Source of the DNA: Bacillota bacterium
GTDB lineage: Bacteria; Bacillota; DTU025
Assembly: GCA_050951805.1 (NCBI GenBank)
Contig: JBMNJT010000002.1
Span: 320,001-384,000 of the forward strand
Length of the DNA: 64,000 bases
Direction of reading: 5' to 3'
The notes under the pieces are model-generated. The model was given only the letters and a program-made list of their open reading frames with translations, was not told the origin of the DNA and did not search any database. Within the stretch, counting starts at the first letter, position 1, and every line of letters begins with the position of its first letter. Of the stretch, positions 21,373-29,889 are shown in pieces. A program made the position numbers and the translations under genes.

Positions 21373-21531
21373 ATGATACTCATGATCGGTGATGTGAAGA
21401 TTGAGATCACACGTAAAGAGAGTAATAATCTGGAAGAAACGGTCAGACGCGATTCAGTAGCTAAGGGCGCCTGGGAGGCTCGGCGGGCTTATGAGAGCGC
21501 GGCCATCAGTTATATTGCAGGATTTAGGTAA
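21373..21531 (+). CDS. Small (52 aa) hypothetical protein
   Basis: GGAGGGG RBS, ATG 21373 and a dedicated sigma-A promoter; MILMIGDVKIEITRKESNNLEETVRRD... Confidence 0.65.
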   Translation: MILMIGDVKIEITRKESNNLEETVRRDSVAKGAWEARRAYESAAISYIAGFR

Positions 21532-21606
21532 TGAGAGGCGCTCTGCAGAATACGTGGCGCCCGCCGCACTGTTTCCCCGATTATGCTCGGTGTGCCGCCT
21601 TCTAAC

Positions 21607-21636
21607 GCATAAACCACTCTTGCCTGTGCAAAACTG
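21607..21636 (+). promoter_or_regulatory. Candidate forespore sigma-F/G promoter
   Basis: GCATA, 15 nt spacer, TGCAAAACTG directly upstream of a spore-coat-type gene. Confidence 0.5.
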
Positions 21637-22182
21637 GTGGGTGAGGTGGTGTATTTGAAGAACAAGCTCACGCAAAAGGAGCAATCTTTGCTCAGTGACC
21701 AGTTAAACCACGAGAAACTGTGCATCCAGAAATACAACAACTACGCTCAGCAGGCTGAGGATCCACAGCTTAAGCAATTGTTCAGCCAGTATGCGTCCCA
21801 GGAGCAGGAGCACTATGACACCATAAACCAGTTGCTCCAGGGGAACCAGATGATTATCAGCGCAGGCGAGGGCCGGACAGAGATGATTCAGGGCGGTCCG
21901 GGAGTGGGCCGGTATTCAATGGAAGTCGGGACTATTGGCCAACATGCGAGTCAAACTGCCAACCATGGAATGACGGGCCTGCGGAACCAGAATGATGCCA
22001 CATTGGTCATGGACATGTTGGCTACGGAGAAATTCGTTTCGAGTACGTATGATACGGGGGTCTTCGAGTCCGCAAACTCCAACGTACGCCAGGCTCTCCA
22101 ACATATCCAGCAAGAAGAACAGCAACATGGCGAAGGACTCTTCAACTATTTGAGTGAGCACGGAGTGTACAATCCGCAATAG
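21637..22182 (+). CDS. Spore coat protein, ferritin-like/CotF-like
   Basis: LTQKE..LL.D...HEKLCIQKY...A.DPQLKQLF...EQEH and DMLATEK.VSSTYD...FE......RQ.L.HIQ.EEQQHGE..F.Y. Start may be TTG 21655. Confidence 0.85.
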   Translation: MGEVVYLKNKLTQKEQSLLSDQLNHEKLCIQKYNNYAQQAEDPQLKQLFSQYASQEQEHYDTINQLLQGNQMIISAGEGRTEMIQGGPGVGRYSMEVGTIGQHASQTANHGMTGLRNQNDATLVMDMLATEKFVSSTYDTGVFESANSNVRQALQHIQQEEQQHGEGLFNYLSEHGVYNPQ

Positions 22183-22322
22183 GGTGAACGCCGGATTGCC
22201 GAACGCGGCCACAGACGTTGCCATGCGCAACCAAGGACAACGATGCCTTTGGGAGGAGGGCAGACGAAGCGAGGACCGAGAGGCTGGGTCGGGTGCGCGT
22301 TGCGGGCAACAGGCCTGGGGGG

Positions 22323-22378
22323 GCGCAATCAGGGGGAGGGCGTTGGTTGGGCGACCGGCGCCCTCCCCTTGATTGCGT
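22323..22378 (+). other. 26-bp stem-loop between convergent genes
   Basis: Arms 22323-48 and 22353-78 pair fully on the + strand with five G-U wobbles; 4-nt loop. Confidence 0.75.
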
Positions 22379-22386
22379 GTGGGAGG

Positions 22387-24051
22387 TTACACGTTGTTAC
22401 TTCTATTTGTCCAGGGTGCGATCCCGGCCTTGTCCTCACGGCGTATGTTTTTTGGTTGCTCCGGCTCCTCTGGCCCTAGAGACCACCTAACGCCTTGGTC
22501 TTGCCAGGTTGGGAGCCACGGCAGCGGTCCTAGGTTCTCGTAGCGGATCATCTTGCCAAGGGCAATGCCTGCTTGAGCCTGGTTAGGATATTGAGCAATT
22601 AATGATCCAAGTCCTTTAGGCACAGACACGGGCGTTGCTCCACTCGACTTGACCGACAGGATTGAGGTGAGTATGTGTCTTGCCGACTCAACCTGAACCG
22701 CTGTGAACTGGGTCAGTGTGCAACTAGTGCCTTGGGAGGGAGCTGCATAGTACACCAGTGGATTGGCGGTCAGATCGAGCGCGGCGATATAGGCGAGAGC
22801 CGCCGCGAATTGAGAGGCATCATCAGATTCCATGATATAGATGAATGCCGGCAGATTGATTATGTCCCTTTCTATTCGCTGATAAGTCTCGCGGCTTGCC
22901 ACGATCACCGGAACCATCCTGTTCACTAGGGGCACAGCCACTTTGTGCTGAAGTTCCTTGCTGTTTTCGGCAATCTGAACTTTAAGGTCAACCCACAGGC
23001 GGTTGCTGCCTGCAACGGGGGGTTGGACTTTTTCGATGAATCTATAACCCGGGCTAGCTACAAGGACTGATCCGGGCGGAGTATCCCCATACGATTTGGG
23101 CATGTGCGATGCCAGGAATGAGGCTGTGAGATATTCGCCAGCATAGGCCGGATAATAGTGGCTCCCATTGGTCCAGATCTGTTCTGCTTTGCCCAAAGTG
23201 TTATAGAGACGAAGCGCTTCAGCCGGAGTTATGATCGCATCCGATGTCCCGTTCATCATCAGCACTGGCCTGGGATACAGGTCGGGGATGTTTATGGGAT
23301 CCACTATCTGGAGGGTGTCGATGAACTTCTGGGGATTCAAAAGCTTCACACTGGCTGCCTGGCGGAAGGCTGAGACGACTGACAGGTCGCTGTTGTCGAC
23401 GATGCCGTCCACACCCGATCCAGCGACAACGAAAACGCCGTTGCGAATTCTCGGCTCTATCTTGTAAGTGAGGGAACCGACTATTCCGCCCATGCTGACC
23501 CCCGCGATGGAGATTGCCGATGGATTGATCTCCGGACGCATGCTGAGCCAGTCCACCGCGCGCCGCTGGTCGACCACTGCTTGCCTCAGGTTGTCCCGGA
23601 TGGTTTCCGGAGTCCCTACTACGAATCTTTGGCCGGATACGAACTGTTTTCCCTTGGCTCTCCTATGGTGCTGTGGCAGACTGGGTGCGAGGGCCGCGAT
23701 GCCCCGCTTTGCCAGGAAGTCCGCCATCATCCAAAACTGCTCTTCGGAATCGGAGAAGACCCCGTGTAGCCCTATGCTACATGGACAAGGCTGGGATTTA
23801 GCGGTTACTGGAACGAAATAGTGGGCGTATACTGTGTCGCCTTCGCTCTTGTACGACACATCGTAATGGAGATACCATTGATTGTCGTTGAGCAATGTGA
23901 AGGAGATTTCAAAGGGCTGTGCTGTATCGTACGCGTAGAATTCTGTGATCTTCTTGCGCCAGGCGTCGTCTTCAGAATTTGCCCAGACGGAGCTTGCCAC
24001 AAAGATCAGCAAAGTTGATACTATAATCGTGGTGATCCGTTTTCTTTTCAT
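22387..24051 (-). CDS. Exported alpha/beta-fold hydrolase with uncharacterised C-terminal domain
   Basis: Signal peptide, LHG, GVSMGG nucleophile elbow, GTSD and GSH triad candidates. Confidence 0.8.
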   Translation of the reverse strand: MKRKRITTIIVSTLLIFVASSVWANSEDDAWRKKITEFYAYDTAQPFEISFTLLNDNQWYLHYDVSYKSEGDTVYAHYFVPVTAKSQPCPCSIGLHGVFSDSEEQFWMMADFLAKRGIAALAPSLPQHHRRAKGKQFVSGQRFVVGTPETIRDNLRQAVVDQRRAVDWLSMRPEINPSAISIAGVSMGGIVGSLTYKIEPRIRNGVFVVAGSGVDGIVDNSDLSVVSAFRQAASVKLLNPQKFIDTLQIVDPINIPDLYPRPVLMMNGTSDAIITPAEALRLYNTLGKAEQIWTNGSHYYPAYAGEYLTASFLASHMPKSYGDTPPGSVLVASPGYRFIEKVQPPVAGSNRLWVDLKVQIAENSKELQHKVAVPLVNRMVPVIVASRETYQRIERDIINLPAFIYIMESDDASQFAAALAYIAALDLTANPLVYYAAPSQGTSCTLTQFTAVQVESARHILTSILSVKSSGATPVSVPKGLGSLIAQYPNQAQAGIALGKMIRYENLGPLPWLPTWQDQGVRWSLGPEEPEQPKNIRREDKAGIAPWTNRSNNV

Positions 24052-24186
24052 TGCAGGACTCTACCCTTTCGTTAGGTTTGAGGGGTTTGTTCTATTATAA
24101 TACAACTCCGCCCTGACGAGGAGTAAAGGCCATCTGTACGAAGAATATCTTGGCGTTGCCCGTAATGGAAACGAGGAGGTGCGCAC

Positions 24187-25119
24187 GTGTCGCTTAAGAA
24201 GACGATGCCTGATAGAGCATGTAGCGTCACTGGGGTCAGGGAGATCGCAAGTCCTACAGATCCCCAGCTGGGGCTGGCCTACGTTCATCTCGGAATGGTC
24301 AGTGTGGAGGCTGGTGAGGACAGGGCCTTCAATTTCGGTCCTCTCGAAACTGTAGCGGTCATCTTGTGCGGTGTTGCCGAGGTGGCCTGGGAAGACGAGG
24401 ATGGTGTCGAGCGGCGTGAGACGATTGGCGGCAGAAGGGATGTCTTCGACGGCCCTCCGTGGGCATTCTTTGCCCATCCGTTCACAACGTTCGAAGTGAA
24501 GGGATTATCTCCGTTTGTGGAGATGGCGCTTGTGAGGGCGGAGCAGCCTGAGCCTGGGCCTGACTGTCTGTACGAATGCGGATGTGTTGAGGGTGGTTGT
24601 GAAACCATGGAGATGCGAGCGGGAGCTGAGGAAACTGTCTGCGGACGAGAGCTCAGGTTAGACTGTGGCGTGGAGATAATCTCGCCTGACGAGGTTGTCT
24701 GCAGGAAGCTGGGGGAGCGGACTGTCAGCACCATTGTGGGTGCAAAGACTTCTGCAGGGGCACGACGGCTGATTGTGGGGGAATCTATGGCATGCCGGGG
24801 CAACTGGCTTGCATATCCAGGGCACAAGCATGATGAGGATGTTCTTGGCGAGGAGACGAGGCTGGAGGAGGTTTGCCACTTTCGCTTCAGGCCCGAGAGG
24901 GGATTCGGTATGGGCCGGGTCTACTCTCCGAAGCGTCGGTTCGACCAGTCGTACACGATTGAAAACGGAGATACGTTGGCTATTCCATTTGGATACCACA
25001 CTTTTGCTGTGGCACCGGGATATGATGCGTACTGTTTGTGGGCGCTTGGCGGCGAGAGGCGGCAGCTCTTGTTGCGAGAGGACGAGCGACATGCATGGGT
25101 CCGTCATATCGGAAGATAG
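24187..25119 (+). CDS. iolB: 5-deoxy-glucuronate isomerase (KduI/IolB family)
   Basis: GGRRDVFDG, LIVGE, GNW..YP.HKHD, LEE...F, IPFGYH, PGY. Confidence 0.85.
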   Translation: MSLKKTMPDRACSVTGVREIASPTDPQLGLAYVHLGMVSVEAGEDRAFNFGPLETVAVILCGVAEVAWEDEDGVERRETIGGRRDVFDGPPWAFFAHPFTTFEVKGLSPFVEMALVRAEQPEPGPDCLYECGCVEGGCETMEMRAGAEETVCGRELRLDCGVEIISPDEVVCRKLGERTVSTIVGAKTSAGARRLIVGESMACRGNWLAYPGHKHDEDVLGEETRLEEVCHFRFRPERGFGMGRVYSPKRRFDQSYTIENGDTLAIPFGYHTFAVAPGYDAYCLWALGGERRQLLLREDERHAWVRHIGR

Positions 25120-25249
25120 CGTACTGGATTGGCAGGGGCGCCCTGCCGAGCTGAGAGTCATCGATGTTTAGTGGATGGGCACGGATGAGATGGTTCGGGT
25201 CTGCACCCGGTAATAGGATTGTTTTTATGGGGTGGCTGCGGTAAACAGA

Positions 25250-25810
25250 CTATATTCTGTAGGTTGCCAGACGGTTTCCCAATGTGCCTGCGAAGGCCGC
25301 CTTTAGCAGGTCGCCTGGGAGGTATGGAAGCGCGCCGACGACGAAGGCACGCGGCAGAGGCATTTGTGTTGCCAGGCTCAGCTGGACGACTCCGAAGATG
25401 TAGACGACTGCCACACCGCCGATTGCTGAGGCGATGGCACATTTTTGCCATGTCAGCCCGTTCCCTTTTGAAATGTGCATCTTAACAATCCACGAGGAGA
25501 CATAGGCGCCTGCCGCCATTCCCCAAAGGTACCCTCCTGTGGGCCCTAGAAGCACCCCGATGCCTGCGTGGCCTCCTGCATAGACGGGCAGCCCCACTGC
25601 GCCTGCGAGCAAGTAAACGAGCTGGCTTGCTGCCGCGGCTTTGGGTGAAAGCAGCAGGCCGGCCAACATTGCTCCGAAGGATTGTCCCGAGACCGGAACA
25701 GGGCTGAATGGGACTGGAAAGGAGATGTGGGCCAGTACTGCTGTGATGGCGCCGAACATAGCGCCTCTGGCCAATGATTTTATCTCATAGCTTTTCCCCA
25801 TAGATTGCAT
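25250..25810 (-). CDS. bioY: Biotin transporter S-component BioY
   Basis: PVPVSGQ, YLLAGAVGLPVYAGG, GPTGGYLWG, PYLPGD..K. Start at 25810 or 25801. Confidence 0.92.
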   Translation of the reverse strand: MQSMGKSYEIKSLARGAMFGAITAVLAHISFPVPFSPVPVSGQSFGAMLAGLLLSPKAAAASQLVYLLAGAVGLPVYAGGHAGIGVLLGPTGGYLWGMAAGAYVSSWIVKMHISKGNGLTWQKCAIASAIGGVAVVYIFGVVQLSLATQMPLPRAFVVGALPYLPGDLLKAAFAGTLGNRLATYRI

Positions 25811-25921
25811 AGATCTATCACATGCCTTGATGAGTAGTGCAATAAGGTGGTGAGGGACGAGCCTGCCCCCGTTTCCCATTCTATCCCGATGCGACTAGCT
25901 GAATCAACCGAGCGCTACTGC

Positions 25922-26467
25922 TTACATCTCTTTTAAAAGAGATTTTGCCTGCCTGAACAGAGGCGTTCCCGCGGCCCCCACTATTTCGAACGCCGCTGCT
26001 TGTGCTGTAGATATCACAGCACCCGCGTGGCGCATCCGTTCGATTGCGGTCTTCCTGTCGAATGATTTTACTGAGGATGAGGCATCTGCTAGGACGTACA
26101 CCTCGTATCCGATGGCCATTGCGTCGAGAGCGGTCTGAGCCACGCAGATATGGGTCTCCACACCAAGAAGGATCAATTGCTCAGCTTGACTTTGGCGGAC
26201 AGCTGATTCGATCTCAGGGGATCTGAGAGCGCTAAAGGTCATCTTTGGAAAGACAGGTGAATCCCCAAGAGCATCCCGCATGAGATCGGTGGTGGTGCCC
26301 AAACGATCGGGATTCTGCTCCAAGCGCAGAACGGGCATGCCGGCTAGGCGGGCCACTTTCACAAAACTGGTAGCCTGGGCAATGATCTCATCGCGGTCTT
26401 CGACTGTGGCCAGAATTTTGTCCTGGAAGTCGATGGAGATTGCCAAAGCTCTACCGGGTTCTATCAT
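25922..26467 (-). CDS. Isochorismatase family hydrolase
   Basis: IDFQDK, EQNP..LG.T, KMTFSA, GVETHICV.QTALD. ATG 26467 after GGAGG. Confidence 0.9.
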   Translation of the reverse strand: MIEPGRALAISIDFQDKILATVEDRDEIIAQATSFVKVARLAGMPVLRLEQNPDRLGTTTDLMRDALGDSPVFPKMTFSALRSPEIESAVRQSQAEQLILLGVETHICVAQTALDAMAIGYEVYVLADASSSVKSFDRKTAIERMRHAGAVISTAQAAAFEIVGAAGTPLFRQAKSLLKEM

Positions 26468-26902
26468 TCGAGGCCTCCATTTCAAATCCAACTCTAACAC
26501 CCCCGTGCACAGGTATTCGGCGCCGAGGATTCCTCTCCTTCGAAGGAGTGCGTTGGAATCGCCAATGGACTGGTTAGAAGTGAGCGGGATTCGGGGGTAC
26601 ACATAAGATAGTAAGGAGGAGAAAGATCGCAAAGGATAAAATTGAGTCATGTGGAACCATTACGGGTGCATAATGGGATGAGAAGCCAGCGGTAGCGGGC
26701 ACTTGGCGGTCATACGAGGCTTGCGATTTCGCTGCCCATTCGGCTAAGGGGTCGGCGGCTGATATTGGGGATCTTCGATTCTGGGCTGGGCCGGGTGTGT
26801 TTATGGAGACAGGCATGGCGGCACCTGGTTGTCTTTGGGCGTTGCCGGTCGATATGTGGATGGATGAGGTTTTGCCGTATAGATCCACGGGAGGGGTAAA
26901 AA

Positions 26903-27391
26903 ATGCAGACGGAGAATCGCGAAAAACCTATGCCGGGGCCCCGAAGGGGCAAAGCAGGGTCTGTGTTGGGCTGGACGGTGTTGCTGATAGTACTCGTTAT
27001 TGCAGTCTTTGCGGTCGCAGGCGAGCTGATCTTCCGGCATGGAGCGGTTCCGTTGCCCGCTGGTGCAAAGCTACAGCACATATCATCTGTGAGGCTGCGG
27101 GATCTCGATGGGGATTTTGAAGTCGTAGCTATTGATGTCGGCAAGGTGCACGGGGTGCAGCCCGCTCTCGAGATTAGTATCAGTTTTTGGTCTATGATGG
27201 CGGATTTCGAGATCTCCCTCGTTGGGCCAAATGACGATGTGATGTGGCGGGAGGAATACAATGCGAAGATGGCCAGGGTGAGCACCCCAAAGATATCGTT
27301 TGAGACAGCTGCCCGCGGCCAGTGGCGTCTGATCCTCTCCGGACGGGCAAGGAACCTCATGCTGAGCGTGACGTGGAAGATCGATGAGTGA
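26903..27391 (+). CDS. Hypothetical membrane-anchored protein with a small beta-sandwich-like domain
   Basis: GGAGGGG RBS, single TM helix, beta-rich C-terminus. Confidence 0.6.
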   Translation: MQTENREKPMPGPRRGKAGSVLGWTVLLIVLVIAVFAVAGELIFRHGAVPLPAGAKLQHISSVRLRDLDGDFEVVAIDVGKVHGVQPALEISISFWSMMADFEISLVGPNDDVMWREEYNAKMARVSTPKISFETAARGQWRLILSGRARNLMLSVTWKIDE

Positions 27392-28133
27392 CTTCGGAAA
27401 GATATTGTGAAGGCGTTATTTCCGCGAAGGACTATGCCCAATACAGGAGAGGCCCGTCTGCAGCAAAAAAGCAGAATCGGGCGGGCTCAATACGGCCTCG
27501 AAAAGGGGTGCAGGAGTTGACATATGACTACAGCGAGATCAGGACTAAACTCGTCCGTGACAGGTTTAGGGAGACAAGTTTTGAGAATCGAGATTACATC
27601 GATGCACTGACTGGCGGTAATTTGCTATCCTCTCCCGCAGGTTTACGATGGAGCATCAGTGCATCGAGAAGGAGACGTGGGAGAAGGAGAAAAAACGCGG
27701 GTAAAAGCGATTGCGGAATCAACGGAAGGAGCTTGGCGGATTGTGCTGTGGGCAAATGGCGAGGACCTCTCACCTCACTCCAAAAGGCGTATGATATCCA
27801 TTCAATCACCTCACTTCATCTGTCCTGTCTGAACCGTAACTTTCATCATTGATGCTGCTTCAGTTTGTAGGCGCGAGACCCTGGGCAATCGGCAAATGGC
27901 GTTTCGGCCCAATCAAGTGGTCAAGCTCTCAATTGCGGGCAATGCAAACTCGGGGATCGCGCAGGAACTTATCGAGACTTGCTTGCAAACAAAACCTCGT
28001 GTGGTAAAGCAGGCCGGATGGCACCCGGCGAGGCTGGTCGATCGCTGACTGGCCGTTGCGAATCTATGGAGGTATGGGCGCTTAGGTGGGTAATATGTAA
28101 CATAGGCATATAAATGGACGCGGAGGGGATCGT

Positions 28134-28510
28134 TTGAAGCCTCGTAGGTGCCTGGAACAGACTGTGCGGCAATTGTTGTCGGAGTAATGCTTGTGTGTTC
28201 AACTTTGTCGTGGGCGGCGCAGGGAGTAGCCGACGAAGAGAAGTTAGGAGAGCTCATGGCGGAGCTAATCGAGCTCACGTTCGATTTTGAGGATGCTATT
28301 GGCAATGTGAATAACCTCGTGGAGGCGCAAAACGTATCCCGGGCAGAGTGGGTGCGGGAGTCAATAGACGGGCAGTCCGACAGGGCTTGGGGTTTGGCGG
28401 CGCTTTCGGATCAGTACACCGACGACGGGGACATCATGGAGGGGCAGGTATTCGGGTTTCTCGGAGCGTGGGCGCGGAGCACTCTGTCAGGGCTGCGTGC
28501 CCTGGATTAG
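28134..28510 (+). pseudogene. Probable frameshifted exported hypothetical protein
   Basis: GGAGGGG-TTG start (28134) is out of frame with the signal-peptide-bearing ORF 28148-28510. Confidence 0.4.
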
Positions 28511-28766
28511 GCAGCCTCATTGGTGCTGGATACGCGGACATTGCAACGCCTGGAATGTGGGCTCTTACGGCCCTGCTGACGAGCGCTGAGACATGTGACA
28601 CTCTCTAAGAGTGGCCACTGGATTCAGGTTCATGATAGATAGCATTTGGGAATAGTTCCGGACGCCTTGCGGTGTTGCCGGGCTGAGGGATGGTTTCAAG
28701 AGACAAGTGTGGAGGGCTGACGACGGGCAGGCCAATGCCATTGCGTTATCTGAGGAGGTGCGTGAA

Positions 28767-29711
28767 ATGAAGGAGAAGCTCAGGGTGAGGGCTGTTGCCA
28801 TGGTTGTTTTGGTGGCGGCAATAGTCTTTGGCTCCACGGTTTGCATCGGGGCGGCGGAGGTGCCTGCTAGCGGCCGCCTGAGGGTGGGGATTATCAGTTT
28901 CACGGGTTCTTTCAATTATCAGTTCGTTCAGTATGCATCGAATTGTCTGTCCGACACGCTGGTGGGCATCAAGAGGTTCGAGGTTGTTGAGAGGGAGCAC
29001 ATAGAGCGCATACTCTCCGAACAAAGGTTTCAGGTGTCAGGTGCTGTAAATCCTGATACTGCGGTCCGGCTCGGCGAGTTGCTCGGCATTGATTATGCAT
29101 TCGTCGGGTCGCTCGACAGATGCGAATGCAAGAGCGAGTTTTGGACGGATAAGGACGGCAAGAGGCATTACTATTACGCTGGATCTGCAGAGGCTTCCAT
29201 CAGGATCATCGACATGTCTACAGGGGCCATTCTTTCGAGTTTTCGGGTGACTGGCACAGGCAGCGATAATTCATCTACGTCGGCTGCGTGTATGAATGCG
29301 ATAAGGTCGTGTTTTGGCTCTTCCTTGCAGACGAAGATCGCTTCCGCTTTTCCCGTTGTCGGGAGGGTGCTCGAGTTCCGGAGCAAGAAAGAGGTCTATA
29401 TTTACACGGACGAGGAGGGTGTGCTTACCCGAGGAAGTGACTTTCGGATATTCCGCCCCAATGTGATTTCCGTAGGCGATCCGGGAATGCAGCATCAGTT
29501 CATGTCCGCTGACGAGGTGGGCGTGGTGAGAATTGAGGCCGTTCACGGGACTGTAGGCAGGGGCAAGGTTGTGGAGTCGTCAGGGGAGATAATGGCTGGC
29601 GACTACGCCGTCGAGATTCAGGGATACATGACTGCAGGAGAGGCGATAACGGGGATTTTAGGGGTGGTGGCTCTGATAGCCATGTTGGCGCTGCTTTCAA
29701 GCCTTCAGTGA
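28767..29711 (+). CDS. CsgG/HfaB-like protein with C-terminal FlgT-like beta domain and TM anchor
   Basis: RFEVVEREHIERILSEQRFQVSGAVNPDTAVRLGELLG, IRIIDMSTG; GAGGAGG RBS. Confidence 0.85.
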   Translation: MKEKLRVRAVAMVVLVAAIVFGSTVCIGAAEVPASGRLRVGIISFTGSFNYQFVQYASNCLSDTLVGIKRFEVVEREHIERILSEQRFQVSGAVNPDTAVRLGELLGIDYAFVGSLDRCECKSEFWTDKDGKRHYYYAGSAEASIRIIDMSTGAILSSFRVTGTGSDNSSTSAACMNAIRSCFGSSLQTKIASAFPVVGRVLEFRSKKEVYIYTDEEGVLTRGSDFRIFRPNVISVGDPGMQHQFMSADEVGVVRIEAVHGTVGRGKVVESSGEIMAGDYAVEIQGYMTAGEAITGILGVVALIAMLALLSSLQ

Positions 29712-29889
29712 CGGACCTTGGCGGTCCTGCTGACAAAGGCAAAAGGGCCTCTTCTGCCAACTCATCCTTGAAACCAGCCGACTTGTCCGCAGTCGGCGTA
29801 ACCTTCTCCGAGCTGCCGGAATCGGGGAAGTACAGAGGTTATGTGGGGATGCTGGCGAATAGTAGGAGCAGAATATCAGAGGCGGTGCA

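Noticed and set aside
27388-27852. 154 aa ORF after the membrane protein gene
   Set aside because: No recognisable motif; composition suggests a frameshifted remnant. Not called.
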